53,286 nucleotides of DNA from Tubiluchus corallicola (taxonomy: Eukaryota > Animalia > Priapulida): positions 1-53,286 of the forward strand of contig JAQGDQ010001234.1 in the NCBI GenBank assembly GCA_030141605.1, in the 5' to 3' direction. Numbering within the stretch: position 1 is the first letter of the stretch; the number at the start of each line of letters is the position of its first letter. Made by a program: the position numbers and the translations under genes. The notes beneath the pieces were generated by a model, which worked only from the letters and a program-made list of their open reading frames with translations, made no database searches and was not told the DNA's origin. Shown in pieces: positions 52,283-53,286 of this stretch.

Positions 52283-52813
52283 TAATTAGACTCAATCTCA
52301 TTTTAATTTACTGTCCAAAATATACATTTTCTTGCCTATAAAAGTTAGCAATTGTTTCTTATATTTGAATAATTAGCTTAGAAAGTTAGTTAAGGGCAAC
52401 CGAACACAGCCATTGCTTACGTCACAAACTAACAGTGGTTTGTGCAATGGTAGGCATCTGCCTGCGCGCCAAGCCCGTTTGCGTAAACGAAGATTGCTAT
52501 AAGACACTGGTGTGACGTTTCAAAAATGGGCTGTACGTCGCACTGACGTCACGGACGAATCGTTCCGTTCATGATAATGCTTATCACGGTGCAGCGTCTA
52601 CTTGTTGGGAAAGCGTATGTGACGAAAAGGTGCCTTTGCCAGTGTTAGTGGATTCACTAAGCCGCGCGTAGCTTTGAAAGTTTAACAAAATTTAACTATC
52701 CGAGGAAACTATTATTTAATCTAAGCTTTGATTTTAAAAAAACTATTCTAGTTTTCAATATTTCAGAGCATTCTTTATTTTGAATAATGCCAACACAATC
52801 GCTTGGTTTTCCT
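52283..52813 (-). mobile_element. K2 MITE, copy 3 (inverted, one end truncated)
   Basis: Reverse complement of 32874-33360; ends ttggttttcct|ttaa. Confidence 0.8.
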
Positions 52814-52817
52814 TTAA

Positions 52818-53274
52818 CCCTTTCATACCCGTTGTATCCCGTGGGGTACGAGAATATTTTCTGCCTTTAAAATTAACAAAATTTTAAAACTGACAGTTAT
52901 TTGATCTGTTAACAGTTATTTTGATTTAAGCCAATAACAATAGACTAAAAATGGTGATAAAATGGCAAACTAGAAAATCTACATAGCATAAAAACTGTGC
53001 AAGGTACAGTACTTTAGAGACGACTTTGTACAGATCAGCATAGCATGCATACTAAATGTCTTAAATACTTTAAAAAATTATCAACAGTTGCAAAATGAAG
53101 CACATTTTATGCTTCCATTGAATCCCAATGTATCCCGTGGGATACAGGCTATATTTAGCACGCGGGTACAGGTAGAAAAAAATAATTATTATGTGTAAAC
53201 AAGATGGACATACTGAACAAAAGTACTAAATCAAAAAAAAATTCTTATTAAAAAAAAATTTGGGACTGAAAGGG
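52818..53274. mobile_element. piggyBac-like MITE
   Basis: ttaa|ccctttcataccc ... gggactgaaaggg|ttaa: CCC-starting TIRs with TTAA on both sides; internal repeat tgtatcccgtggg at ~52833 and ~53129. Confidence 0.8.
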
Positions 53275-53286
53275 TTAACTATTTTC

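Overview
AT-rich, repeat-dense animal (probably invertebrate) nuclear DNA, not prokaryotic. The only supportable protein-coding gene is the 5' part of a TMTC3-type protein O-mannosyltransferase on the + strand. It has three coding exons (35990-36268, 50768-50904, 51881-51962), a 14.5 kb first coding intron, and continues past the window end. The rest is transposon debris, about 14 local minisatellite arrays (units 23-137 bp) and many microsatellites. The debris comprises three copies of a 5S-rRNA-headed SINE with an RTE-type tail, several TTAA-flanked Kolobok-like MITE families, a piggyBac-like MITE, a Harbinger/ISL2EU-like MITE family and degraded LINE relics. Almost all ORFs in the supplied track are repeat artefacts. 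The most interesting signals are: (i) a 12x137-bp intronic array whose units carry a consensus 5' splice site locked inside a hairpin; (ii) a TE-seeded 29-bp array of acceptor-like motifs whose last unit is the apparent TMTC3 acceptor; (iii) the chimeric 5S/RTE SINE, with inverted copies bracketing the first coding exon. I cannot establish a new biological system from sequence alone; these are testable leads. Family assignments come from recalled motifs, not from database searches.
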